Below the pieces are notes generated by a model. That model was not told the origin of the DNA, did no database searches, and saw nothing but the letters and a program-made list of their open reading frames with translations. A program made the translations under genes and the position numbers. From Octopus bimaculoides (lineage: Eukaryota), in contig NC_068982.1 of the NCBI RefSeq assembly GCF_001194135.2, forward strand, positions 123,098,007 through 123,162,006: DNA of 64,000 nt. Direction: 5' to 3'. This document shows, one piece after another, positions 1 through 12,818 of this stretch. Each line of letters starts with the position of its first letter. Positions within the stretch are counted from its first letter, which is position 1.

Positions 1-54
1 GTAATTTAACCTTGCTTAAAGAAAATATTCTTACTATTAGAATAAACATCAACT

Positions 55-55
55 G

Positions 56-110
<55 letters not shown>
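55..110. repeat. (TG)n(TA)n compound microsatellite
   Basis: Directly visible dinucleotide runs. Confidence 0.95.
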
Positions 111-112
<2 letters not shown>

Positions 113-269
113 GCCCTCTTGTAACAATTTTGAACTTTTAATATATTGCTGAATTGTTAAATATGTTGCTATTTGTGTTTTAAAATTTGATTCTGATATA
201 TAGTAAGTAGCTCAAGTGAGAAACTCCTAATATAAGTTCACAACTATTCTACACTACTTTGTCATTTGA

Positions 270-495
270 CTTCATCATCATATGTCTATTTTTCCATGCT
301 TGCATGAATTGAATGGAATTTGTTGAGGCAAAACTTCTGTCACCAACCCCAACTTGTTTCCAAGCAGGTTAATATATTCCCCTCACTAGACATGTTTTTC
401 ACAGAAGACTGGAAATGAACAACCTTGCTTGTATGATGATGATGCTCATTTACACCCATCACATGATGTCTAGACAAGAGTACACACACAAACGC
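270..495 (-). mobile_element. SINE family A, 3' part (decayed); ends approximate
   Basis: Reverse complement matches the copies at 31955-32345 and 37280-37680 (gtcttgacat...gagcatcactgtcataca...aagcatgg...gatgatga). Confidence 0.65.
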
Positions 496-1725
496 TTATA
501 CAACAGTATTCATTTAATTTCTGTCTATCAAACCCACCCACAAGGCTTATGATCAAATTATAAATATAGTGTTTCTATCTTTGATTACAATTGAAGAATA
601 TGCATCTATAAAACATTTTTTAAAAATAATCTATTCCAATTTGGAAAAATGAGAGAGGAATGAGTTACCAATCATTTAAAATTTTTTTGTATTAACTTTC
701 ATAGTACACAATTTCAAGTTTTGTTAAAAATAGAAAAGAAATCCAACTAGAATGATTTTTGTTTTCTTATTAATAAGTAGAAGTGAAGTACACCAGCTGT
801 AGATCAAATACTATGTGATAAAATCTAATTTTAATAATCTTTATGCAAGAATTACATATTTAACAATTGAGCAATATATTAAAAATACAAAGTTGTGAAA
901 AAGAGAATCAAATTTTTTCTTTAAATTACAATATATAGTGTTTGAATGGAAAAGTATGTGCATAATGTCTATGTTAAAGAATGAGGAAAAACTATGGCTT
1001 CGAATGAATTGAAAACGCAGAGGTAAAACATGTCACTTGAGTGCATAAATTTCAGTACAAACCTGAATAAGAAAGCCTGTGATAGCTTTCTTGGAGTTTA
1101 AAGCAATGGTTTATGGATGAGTTTTATAACTTTTGTGCTTGGAAGGATTCTTTTTTTTCTTCAATAAATTTGTTTTGGTAAAGCAAAGTAGGTATAGTGC
1201 CAAAAATTGTAGATTGAACTCTTGCTTTGTTTGTAGGTAAATAAGTGGAATATAATATTTTATCAATGTACCTATGAAGTTATGGTGTTCTGATGAATAG
1301 TTTCAAATGGAGTGATAAAAGATGAAGAATTACAGAAAAAAAGATAACACTAATGAGTTAGAAGCTGAAGTTATCTATGAATGTAAGTTAATTCATAGTT
1401 TGTTAAAATGGTTAATATTAATGGTTGATTTTACTCAGTCTCGGAACTTGATTTCTAAGTTCATTCTTATTTATTTGTAGGATAATTTGTTCAGCATAAA
1501 TTGCTCAGTAATATCGTTATCAATGATAAAAGATGGTAATGCCTTGCTAGAACCAACTGTTTAGCTACAAGTAAATGGTTTCCATCAGTGAGTGATAATT
1601 TTGATAGATGTCCCTTCTCTTCATGTTTGCCTCTATGCTTGTAGGTAGCTACAGCTACCTACAATACTGAACTGATACTTATCTACATGCTGACCAGGTA
1701 ACCTCTATGTTCTTGTTTGACTTAC

Positions 1726-1759
1726 TAGAAATAGTAGCCTTATCTACTTCAAATGAACT
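1726..1759 (-). CDS. Candidate 34-nt internal exon (SSFEVDKATIS), gene unknown
   Basis: Minus-strand acceptor agctttcctttttcag, donor gtaagt, only one open frame. No homology recognised. Confidence 0.25.
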
Positions 1760-2439
1760 CTGAAAAAGGAAAGCTACCTTGGACAAAGTTGTTTGAGATA
1801 TGTTTAAAAAATTAGACTGGTCAAAACTGGAATATATTTGGTTATAAGTCTGCTTGATCTGGACTGATCAACAACTGTACCTATTTCTGCTTTCCTTTGA
1901 ATAAGCATAAAACTATGTTTTTAGGTGAAGTAAGGAACAGTGTGATGTTGCAATACCTATGCCTTTACCATGACAATTAGCAGGGTTAAGAAAGTGAAAT
2001 GGCTTTAGCCAGGTAGTGATATTGTCAGTTGTAGCTTGCCAGGCCAGGCATCTTGTTCTGTATTTATAGTGTTTGTTACTTCTTAAATAGTAAATATTGA
2101 CTTCTTCTTATTGCCACAAAGCCATCGATTTGTAAGGAAGTGCTGTAGTCAATTGAATTGATTTCCAAGTCATGCCTTATACTTATTTTATCAATCCCAA
2201 ATACATGAAAGACAATCGACATTGGCTGAATTTGAACACAGAATATTGAAATATTCAGTATTCAGAATATTGACTTAGAATTAAATACTGAAAGACACTC
2301 AATGTGCTGCTCTATCGTACCATCTATTATTCAATCTCTTAAATAATAAACATTATTTGCAACCAAGATTAACTATTAGTTTGTGCAAAAGTAGATTTCT
2401 TACATTATATGTGTCTGCATGTTTAATTTTAACTCTTCT

Positions 2440-2960
2440 GTCTCCTTCTCCATAACATTTTCTTGCCTTCTCTATAGCATTTTCCTATTCTATAATGCTC
2501 TCCCTGTCTGTGGTGCCCTCATTCTCTGTAATGCCTTTGTTCTCTGTAACACCTTTTAACTTTAATGTATAGAAACTTCTATTTTATAGAAAACTCTTCT
2601 CTCTAACTCTTTTCTCTGAAACTTTTTCTCCACTGCCTCCTGCAACTCTTTCTCTCTCTCTCCTCTGTTATTCTTTCTTTCTCTTGTAATTCTCTCCTTC
2701 ATCCCATTTTATTCTACAATTCTCTCTTTTGTAACTTTTCTGTAACCCTCTCACTTCTCTCTCTCTCTGCCTTCCTTAACTGTCTTTCCCTCCCCTCTGT
2801 AACTTTCCCATTTCTGGAATTCTTCTCTATTACATTCTTTCTTCCTACCATCACATCTTTGTCTGTCTGTCTTCTCTCTGTCCATTACCTCCTCTTTTTT
2901 TTATCACTCTCTCATTCCCCATGGCCACCACACCCCATATTTGTCACTTTTTTTTTCGCA
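2440..2960. repeat. CT-rich low-complexity tract with a degenerate CT(C)TGTAAC-like unit
   Basis: Pyrimidine-rich strand with recurring ctgtaa/ctgtaac variants. Confidence 0.7.
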
Positions 2961-4442
2961 TTGGCCTACTTGTTGGTAATGTTTGCTCTTACTGTTACTA
3001 GACATACTTTTGCTAATGTCCATAGAAAATGGGCTATAAATTAGATGTGGTATTAGTTGTTAACCAGATTATAACTGTGATTGGATTAGATGTTATTAAG
3101 ACAACTACAGAAAGCAACTTCTCTAATACTTTCTCTCTCTCTCTTATTAAATAACCCATTCAGCCAGATATGCAGGTTTTTCTCAATTCATTGCTTTATC
3201 TATTTTTTATTGCTTTTCACACTTAAAAACAAAACAAGACAAAACTAAAAAGAAAATCACTTTAGGTATTAGCCACATTCTAGTTCACAGGCATTATACA
3301 GAAAGCTGATTACATAAAGACATTTCTAAGATGTGTTAGTAAAAATGAAGTTGGAGTGAGTGGGAATAAAAAAATATAAACATAAAAGCAAGTACTTCTT
3401 AATCATAATATGCAGAAAGTAAAGTGTGAACAACCAAATCAGAACAAACTAAAACTTGTTGATACATGGATAAAATTGAAATTTCTTTGCTAAATGTCGT
3501 AGAATCCATCTGTTTTCTTATTGGCCAATCATGAGACAAAAAAAAAACCAAAAACCAAAAAAAAACAAAGCAGCATTGGCTGCAATCTGTTTTGATTTTG
3601 ATTAATCTGCCAGTCTGTGCAGTAAGAATTAACTTTTTCCATTCTTTTACATATAAAATCTGTCTGTTCTCTAAAACACACACACACACACACACAAAAT
3701 CAGGTAATGGTTGAGTGTTTTCCTCAGCATGTTGCAAGTCTACTCTTAAAGGATTGTTTTTATTGAGATAGTTTTTACTTTATCCTTCTGTTAATGCCAG
3801 TTATTGCTATTGATGGAAGGATGTATATAGTACAGAAATGAGTCATTTTTTGAGTTAAGCAAGACTGAATTGTCATTTCTAACAACTTCTATCATGGACT
3901 CCCTGCTGAAAGATATTTACTTTGTAAACATTGTCAGTATGTAATTTTGGAAACTAAAAATAAATTAATTTCTTGAAACTGGAAATACATTGTCTAGTAT
4001 GGTGCCCCAAGAACAGCACTCATAAAAGAAAGACTTTCTATGGCTATGTACTATGAAAGTAAGTTCAAAGATAGTGCAAGATGTCTATGGTATTACATAA
4101 AATGTTTTTACGATATTTCTTTTGAAATGCACTGTTTTTATTTCAATTAATTTCGAATGATTATAGTAAAATAACTATCATTAAGTTTGTGTTTTAAATA
4201 TAAATTAGCACAGTTTTTAGATCATTTCATTAAGATTATTTTAAAGCAAGAAGTTTGTGTCATGGAATCAAGTGCAGTTTTAGGCAGGTTGGTATTAAGA
4301 GTTAAAAGAAAAATTACTTATGTAGGACTCGCAGTATGCTAATTTCAAACTCAAGTGTAGTGTTCAAAAAATTATTGGAAGTTTTGATAGGAAATAAATC
4401 CCTTATATCAGCATAGTTGTATTTACAAGGGCAAGAAATCAT

Positions 4443-4660
4443 TTAACATTTTAGCACTGATGGTAACCACTTCTGGCCCAAATAGTCTACCTGTTTTATA
4501 TTTAAACTGGCCAGATCTGACCTCTCATACCTACTCTGCAATGTCATTCTAAAAATAAACAATCAAATCATCAAAATCTTGATAAAGCATGATTAATTCA
4601 AAACAATGTGAATGAAAAAGTTTTAAATATGACCAAGTAATCTGAATGCTAAAGAGTTAA
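4443..4660 (+). mobile_element. TTAA-ended MITE (piggyBac-like), copy 1
   Basis: Starts ttaacattttagca and ends tgctaaagagttaa (terminal inverted repeats). Homologous to 5744-5968 and 54406-54621. Confidence 0.75.
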
Positions 4661-5206
4661 TTGCATCATGGTATGTGTAACTTCAGTATAAGACAGTATT
4701 TAAAAATAGTCATGAATCTAAACCGTACTACAACTCTTGTATTGTTCCTAGGCAAGGCTTGTAACTTGGTTTGCTTTAATTGTCTTAGCAGATATAGTTA
4801 CCACTCATTAAAAAGGTGGAAAAAGAGGAAAAAAGAAAATGCAGTGGAGACATTTTTTGTTGTTGTTTCACAAAGGATTGATATAAATGAATATAAAATG
4901 GCTTCTGCCATGATTCAAAATCACTGCTTATTTGAAGAATAACAAAAAAGAAGTAGAAATTTGATATATTTTAGGATACAATGTCAGGTTTGCATTATTC
5001 CATCCACAGTAATTTTTCTAGAATTTCTGTAAGGTGGCCTGGTTTGAATGTCTTTGAAAATTTAACATTTAAACAAATGGTTGAAATGAAATCAGTCTAG
5101 AGGCATGAAAGTTGAAAATGATATGGGAAATAATTGACAATTCTTAAAATAATTGCCCCCTGCATGCCTACAACAACAAAAAAGGCAAAGCAAAAAGGAA
5201 ACCCTA

Positions 5207-5424
5207 AAACTTATGTAATTTGAAAATGGATCGAAGGAAAACAAACTCTTTGACTTCTGTGTTATCAAAGATATTAAGTGTTTGGTTCAAACAGTATGAT
5301 TTTAATGAAGTACTCTTTAACTTGTCTGCATTTGAAAAGACTGACACTAATGGCTTGATGAACAACCAAATTTCATCACTACCATTGTTAGCATGACAGT
5401 GGAAACCAAAAGCCAAAATATTTT
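5207..5424 (-). CDS. Candidate exon (NILAFGFHCHANNGSDEIWLFIKPLVSVFSNADKL...), gene unknown; 3' boundary uncertain
   Basis: Acceptor atgctttctctcag precedes a ~72-codon open frame (track ORF 5204..5416). The donor is ambiguous and the opposite strand is also open for ~56 codons. Confidence 0.2.
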
Positions 5425-5743
5425 CTGAGAGAAAGCATTTTTGTTCTCATTGTTGCTTTAACTTTTTTGTTTCATATCAGATTTTTGAATTTGTTGTAAT
5501 CCAAACATGATGTTGGATGTAAGCTAGCTATTTAGCTGACATAGTTGACATCATTCCACTTAAAATTTGTAACTACCATTCTGTCAGAATCTTATTCAGC
5601 CAGAAATGAAGAAAGCAAATGTGTGTGTGTGCCCCCAATTTTTCTAATTATTGCTTGGCCATTTGTTCACTTGAACTCTTACATGTATACCACAAAAGGT
5701 CTGTCTTTCAATAGCCTATGATATCCATGTAACCAAATGAATC

Positions 5744-5968
5744 TCAACCCTTTAATATTCAGATTACTCTGTCAAATGTAATGCTTATTTATTCATATTG
5801 TTCTGAATTAATCATGCATTATCTCATAGCTTCGTGATTTCAATGATATGATTGTTATTTATCGAATGTAGGTTGGATAGTTGTGATAGGCTGGATCTAG
5901 CTGGTTTGAATATAAAAGGAGTAGAATATTTGGATTGAATATGGCCAGTTTAAATGCTAAAGGGTTAA
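5744..5968 (-). mobile_element. TTAA-ended MITE (piggyBac-like), copy 2, inverted relative to copy 1
   Basis: tcaaccctttaatattcagattac...aatgctaaagggttaa; reverse complement aligns with 4443-4660. Confidence 0.75.
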
Positions 5969-6839
5969 CTGGTCCATTCAATTCATTTACATATTTGAAT
6001 GATAGGTCTGATGTATAACACCACCACCACCAGTTCTTTGGATGTTTTTAGCAAAATTACACTCTGTTGCATTTAACCCAGATGTCAAGTTTTTAAGTCC
6101 TTATTTTTCCTGCAGAAATTGAGATTGAGCATCTGCTACATCAATCTCACCAATATTGGAGAGGAACGACTGCACAGGACCTTGATTAACTTATAAAAAT
6201 AGAATTCAGATGATTGAAAATAAAATTAGATATCTAAATATATGAAAGTTTTGCTATATTCATATTACATGTACATGCTATTTTATGATTGTTTTTAATA
6301 TGATTACATCGATAGAGCCAGGTTGCATGATTGTATTCATAAGTTTATTGTACTTTCATTCCCAAATCGTAGGAACAGACCTTTGATCAAAAGCATTCTT
6401 GGCAAAATAACACAGTACTTTAAAATATTTAAAAAAGTAGAATATGATTTGACAATAATTTGGCTGTTAAATCTAGCAGGTTGAGCAACCATGTAGTGGC
6501 TTCCTTAATTTTGTTGTCAGTATACCTGTTACTTTAATTATTTTCTCAAGCTCTACTAAATAATCTATTTTTAGTAATTTCTTTTTTTTCTAACTTCATG
6601 GAAACATTTGACTTTACACTAAATGGATTCCACTTATGGTACTGCTATCTTCAAATATTTCTCAGCACCACCCACATTTTGCCAATATATGCAAGAATGC
6701 ACTTACTGAAAATTCCATTTTTTCTTTTTTTATCTACTTCCCTCTGAAGTAATTTACCCTTTGGATGTGTTTCCTGTTACTCCAACCCTCTCTAAGTAGA
6801 TGAGATAATTCTGTTTGCTTGTAATGTGTGTGTACATTT

Positions 6840-6847
6840 ATATATAT

Positions 6848-6882
<35 letters not shown>

Positions 6883-6892
6883 NNNNNNNNNN

Positions 6893-6928
<36 letters not shown>
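6840..6928. repeat. (TA)n microsatellite spanning a 10-N gap
   Basis: Directly visible. Confidence 0.95.
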
Positions 6929-6931
<3 letters not shown>

Positions 6932-8236
6932 AAAACATAGTCTATATTTATATAGAAGCTAATTTTAAATGCAAATTTACATTAATCTGCCTCCTTTTCA
7001 TCTTTCTCTTGAAATGTTGTATAAATACCTCTAAGATGATTTGTTGATTCAATTTAAATTCCATTTCCAAAGTGGAGCTAAAGGCTTACTCAGGCACATG
7101 TGCAGAAAGTCTGTTCTGATTAATGCAGTGGAGTAATAAATCAAAATCAGCATTGTGTAATATGTTATATAGTAATTTTTAAAAAGAGTATGCATTGGGT
7201 TTCTCTTTTGATTTAATGTACTTAATGTACTTTTTTAATCTGAATCCTGTTATATATTGATTCTGAAAACCTACTACTGTTTAAATGATTAGAACATATA
7301 TTGTATAGTATTATTTCCTTGGCAGAAACCTATTTTTACAACAAGCTTTCTTGATTTCAGTAGTGTGTTAGGTTTTTATTTTTCATGACCTGTTTTTATT
7401 AGAATTTCTTTTTAAAAAACCAAATTTCTGGATGATTTTGAATTTTAATTCAATTATAAAAAATGAATGGAAAAAATTTACAAATTTATACAATTTTAAT
7501 ATCAAAGTGAATTAATATATGGTTATGAGGATTTTTGAGGATTTTCATTTTCTCTTCTGTGCACTGATCATACTTTTTGCTTCCAATTATGTATGGTTTG
7601 GATCTATAGCCTTCCACTTAATATAGTGCAAAGCCTTTTCTTTTCCATTTCCATATGTAGTCAACCAATTTGAGAGTGTCGTTTTTTTTATGTTCCTAAA
7701 ATAGGATGTGTGATTAGGAAATCTTCGCTTAAACTTTCCTTCAATTATTCCCATGTAAGTTGACTTCTGCATCAACTTATTTACTTAACTCCAATAGACA
7801 GATAGTTTCTTCCTTTTCAGTCACAAATATAAATAATGGACTTGACCTAAAAATACAGCACCAAAAACATGAAAAGTTTATCATACCCACCCACCATCAA
7901 AGCTGAAAAAATATGCCTGTGCAAGAACCCCAAAATATGCATATTAGGCAAATCTTGCAACACAGGCAATACTGTATGAAGTAGAGGTTAGCTGTATTGA
8001 ATCTAACCTAGAAATGACATTTAAGTGTTACATAGCCACAACACAAGGGCCAATAATATACATTTCTGGAGAAGTTATCCACCTTGATGGACGTGCACAT
8101 TTGACTAAAGTATTTTTTAATACATTTTTCATAATTTTCTATCAACATTTGGAGATAAACATAAGTAAGCATTGACTGCAAAACCTCGGATAGTTCATGT
8201 GTTCCCTCATGTTACTTCATACAAATACATACTCAC

Positions 8237-8270
8237 CCCATGCATACATTCAAGTATATGATGTTGACTT
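8237..8270 (-). CDS. Candidate 34-nt exon (SQHHILECMHG or VNIIYLNVCM), gene unknown
   Basis: Acceptor ttcctgcag, donor gtgagt; two frames are open. Confidence 0.25.
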
Positions 8271-8632
8271 CTGCAGGAAGTTTGTATTAATTACTTCTTT
8301 TTTACACCACCAGTTTTGAACATCACTTGATTTATGAATGTTTGACTTTTGTTTTTTAATTTTCCTTCTTTTTAACAAGTCTCTTGGTGAAAATTTGGAG
8401 GCAATTATACCTTATTTTGAAAGTGAGAAAAAATGTAGAAATTTTGCTATTACAGCTGTTATTTCATTTTTAAAAAATATTTATTTTAGAGTTTTTTCCC
8501 TCTACTACTAATGAAGATTTATTTTAATTCAAACTTTTCTCTCTGTGTTTTGTGTTATATATGTTTTATTTAGTTTTATACATTTATATCTACATATGCA
8601 TATCTAAGAAGCAAACTAACATTTTTATTCAG

Positions 8633-8696
8633 TGAAAGAAAAATCACCAACAAATAATGTTACTTTAAAAACCTGCTTTCTCTCACACTTGATTAG
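8633..8696 (+). CDS. Candidate 64-nt exon (KEKSPTNNVTLKTCFLSHLI), gene unknown
   Basis: ctaac branch-like motif plus atttttattcag acceptor, AG|gtgaaa donor, open frame. Confidence 0.2.
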
Positions 8697-9062
8697 GTGA
8701 AATTTAGTTATATTTGTGGTGAATATTTTCGTGCCAGACTGCTTTTAGACTAAAAATAAAATGTTGGCTTCAACTTTTGTTCATTAGCCAACAGTCATCT
8801 TAACCTTTTCCATTGTGTTTATTTTTATTGTATACTCTACTTTAATCATATTGTCTAAAATTTTAATTTAATACTTTTCGTTGCTTTTTGTGCATTTTAG
8901 AATTTGAAATGAATGTTACTCTAAATTCATATTATGGTTCAATGTTCATTATAGCAGGTTTAAATTAGATGTGGGTAGATTTTATTAATTAGTTGATTAT
9001 AGTCATTGTCTCAACTGCCACAGGAACTGAAATCATGAATATAGTTGAAGGAAGTTATTCAC

Positions 9063-9097
9063 CTTTGTAGCTTTATAACTTCTTGAAGGAAGTCAAC
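9063..9097 (-). CDS. Candidate 35-nt exon (VDFLQEVIKLQ), gene unknown
   Basis: Acceptor ttgactaatttag, donor AAG|gtgaat; phase-compatible with 8237-8270. Confidence 0.25.
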
Positions 9098-9707
9098 CTA
9101 AATTAGTCAAGTAACCTATGACTAAAAAGGAAAAAGAAAAATGTAAAACTGAGCAAGTGCCTGTGTTTTTGATTGGATTCAAATTATCGGCAAGTTCTTC
9201 ATGCCTCTTAAAGATTTGTTTAAATTAAAAAGCACAAACCGGAGCTAGACACTAGTTGATTATTCCTCCTTCCAATCCACACAGTAATTATTGACAGTCA
9301 TTGTCTATTATCTCATTAATTTAAAGTGTTTAACATGTTTTGTATGATGTCAGAACATAAGTAATGTTTATGTCTCTAACCTATAGGAAATGCTGAAATG
9401 CCAAGGAAGTATATCCAGATGCACTCTGCAATTACTACAATATCTTTTTGTTAGGTCTTATTTTGATATTCTTTACTATTTGATCAATTGGGCAACTTTC
9501 TCATGAGACACAGGAAACAAGAAATGTAGTTTTTTTGATTTGACAAACTAATGGCTAAATGATTACCTCTTTCATTATCATATTTCTAATTAAATACATT
9601 CTTGTATGTTTCAATAAAATTATAAAACTGTTGCATATTTAGACTAGTTTTGTAAAGTAGCTAAGAAATGTTTTGAATACAACTTAAAATGTTACATAAT
9701 TCTGGGC

Positions 9708-10240
9708 AAGACTTCTGCCCTTAACCCCCCCCCCAAAACACCCGTTTCAAAAAAAATTTTTTTTCCAACACAAACCCCCTTTTCGGCTACAGGGAATAAG
9801 AACCTGCAAAAAAATTGGCAAAAATCGGTATTTTAAAATAACCCCACCCCCCTTTCCTTCATTTTCTACTTTTTTCAGAATTTTAATTTTTTTTTTTTCA
9901 AAATATGTGGAAAAATACGGAGATTATGATTCTGAAAAAAATTTCCAAAAATTTTTGGAAAATTCTTTTTTTAAGAATTTTTTTCTTCTAAATATGCAGA
10001 AAAATATGGACATTACGTTTCGGACAAAAATTTCAAAACATTTCTGTAGTTATGGTTAGGGTTTTAGGGTTAGTATTGGGGAAAAAAGTTAAAATTGAAG
10101 AATTTGGTGGGGGAGGGGGGAAATTTAATGCCGACTTTTGGCAATTTTCCAGAACCTCTGTATCCGAAAACGGGTGTTTTGGCAAAAAAATTTTTTTTAA
10201 ATAAACAAATTTGGGAGGGGGGGGGGCGGAAAGAAGTCTT
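9708..10240. mobile_element. MITE-like element with long imperfect terminal inverted repeats and an internal TTAGGG-like tract
   Basis: Left aagacttc...caaaacacccgttt...tttcggctacag...aaaattggcaaaaatcggtatt mirrors right aatgccgacttttggcaattt...ctgtatccgaaaacgggtgttttgg...gaagtctt. gttatggttagggttttagggttag at 10049-10073. Confidence 0.65.
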
Positions 10241-11195
10241 TCCTAATTCTGTTATGGAATTTTTGTCTCAAAATTACTCTAATTACTAGTAAGTACAAGC
10301 AAAAGTTGAAAGATAAAAACTCTGTTTAAAGATCACCATATAAAATAACTTATTAGTGGCTATTATATTAAGTAGCTTATTAAATGCTTGGTATTATATT
10401 TGGAGCAATAAAGCTCTAATTTCATCTTGCTGACCTTAATATATGGAAAATATGAATTGAAATAAACAAAAGCAAATAGTCAGTAGAGAAATACTTTGAT
10501 TTATGAGAAGAGAACAGAACTGAGAGCACTTTCATTACCACTGTCCAATTTTGTTCATAAACTCCAAAATTGCAATATCTTATTTGAAGTCCATCTGATG
10601 TTAGGCTTCTTGTAATTTTGTTTTATTTTATTTATACATTTTTTTTTTTTTTTTTTTTGCTGCATTTTAAAAGAGTAGAATGTAATGGAAATGAAGGGGG
10701 AAAAAAAAAAGGAAAAAAGATTTGAAAAACAATGCTTCACAAATTTATAGAATACAACATTTCTGTTGTAAAAATATTGGTTGGCATATCTCCTTCTCGC
10801 AATATTAGGTCAGCAAATGACACATGTTGAGTTTCTTGATAAGTCACTGTTTGCCACTGTGATTGGTTTTGAAGTTCTTAGCAGGTGGTTTATAAGTTGG
10901 TTGCCAGTCCACTATGTTATATCATCAGTTCACTGCTAACATTTTCTCTAGGTAGTACCAAGTATAGCAGTTATAAGTATTTATTGAAAAAGTAAAAATT
11001 GAAAAATGTAAATATGTGTTTGTAAATAATCAAATTTCTTTCTTTCTCTCTCTCTCTCACACACACAGTGAGTATAACACAATTATTCATATAGATATAG
11101 GACTTGCTTATGAATACTTATATTCATATAGTAAATATTTCACTTTTCATTTCATGTAAATTGAATTCTCTCAGTACTTATTGACTCATATAATG

Positions 11196-11286
<91 letters not shown>

Positions 11287-11290
11287 CACA
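11196..11290. repeat. (GT)n(AT)n(AC)n compound microsatellite
   Basis: Directly visible. Confidence 0.95.
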
Positions 11291-12246
11291 CTCACATGCA
11301 TATATTATATGTACACACATGCACACATGATTAAATAATTTACATTATTTTTTGGTTTTAATGAAATTATATTGTAAAACTTTGTAATTGATTACAGTTG
11401 TGTTATGTTTGAGATATCTTAAAACAAATTGATAGACATGGATACTTGAAAATATTTAAAGTATAGATACTTAAATAAAATTTTAAAAAATGAACATAAT
11501 TTAATAACTTATTTGTGACATGTTCTTGTTTCATTGATTATTAACTAAAGTGAATATTTACACTGAGACACTTGTTTCTACTGGAATGGTGGTATGTGTG
11601 GGGAAGTAGATCCTTTCTTGATTGCTTTCATCAAATTCCACAAGGAGTTTCATGTAGCAATATTTTCATGATATTGATAACTCATACTAGAGTTTAATCG
11701 GTAGTAGAGATAGTAAGACAGGCTGATTCAGAATTTAAAGTCTTCCAGCCCCTCTTATAAAATTTGATTGTAAACAAATTTTGTGATATGATCTATATCT
11801 TAGTCACTTTGATGCTTCGAAAGCAGCTGCATCAGTTGAATAAATATCGGTGAGTGAATCAGATAAGCTACTTTCTTGTCAATTTCATAAAATGAGCTAA
11901 TTTAATCAGCAAATAAGATTAAATTAATCCTCAGTAGAAATGTACTGAAACAAAATACATCATCTGAAGCTGTATACCATCAGCAGTGTTTTGCATTGAT
12001 CAGATATAATTTGTCAAGTACAATAAATAGATGATGAAAATTGGGACTTATTGCATGTAAGGTGTCAGTTTGCTTATCATAGTATCTCTGGATAAGGCAT
12101 TTGGGGAAATCTTGGTAAACCAAAGATCCGCATGTCCAAAAGAGAGTAAGGTAAAGGTTCATGAGATTAAGTGGGGGGAAAAAAATTTGAGTCATATTTT
12201 AAAATCAAATTGTCAGTCTGTACCTGGCTTATTTTTTATCTCTCTT

Positions 12247-12249
<3 letters not shown>

Positions 12250-12322
<73 letters not shown>
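12250..12322. repeat. (CA)n microsatellite
   Basis: Directly visible. Confidence 0.95.
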
Positions 12323-12324
<2 letters not shown>

Positions 12325-12671
12325 ACATTTAATGTTTGCTTCATGCTGGCATGATTTGAATCAAACGTGCACACACACTTTCACTGTGCATATGATGATT
12401 TATTATCAGTTGGCAGATATCAACAAACAGGTTTTTTCACTGAAGTTATAAACAAGAGCCTCAACTCTTAAATTCATTAGTCTGGGTATCTCTGGCCGAT
12501 AACACAACAATTTTTTAAAAAGCAGCTATCCCAGAGTCCCTTGCACTGATGACTCAAACATATTTGTCATAAAGGAGTTGTTTTCTTATTACAAAATACA
12601 TCAGCACTTAACATATTCATGTTTAAATCTGCCAGAACATATTAATAAATAGGCAAGTCATTGTTTCTCGG

Positions 12672-12818
12672 AGTGGTTGGCATTAGGAAGGGCATCCGGC
12701 TGTAGAAACTCTGCCAGATCAGATTGGAGCCTGGTGCAGCCTTCTGGCTTGCCAGTCCTCAGTCAAATCGTTCAACCCATGCTAGCATGGAAAGTGGACG
12801 TTAAACGATGATGATGAT
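12672..12818 (+). mobile_element. SINE family B, 3' part
   Basis: ggcattaggaagggcatcc...cagattggag...aacccatgctagcatggaaagtggacgttaaacgatgatgatgat; homologous to 14660-14797 and to 29907-30050 (inverted). Confidence 0.8.

Noticed and set aside
7587-7775. Possible pogo/CENP-B HTH fragment (TTLSNWL)
   Set aside because: One short motif, with no TIR or DDE region nearby.
10049-10073. Telomere or interstitial telomeric repeat
   Set aside because: Only two to three imperfect TTAGGG-like units, inside an inverted-repeat element.
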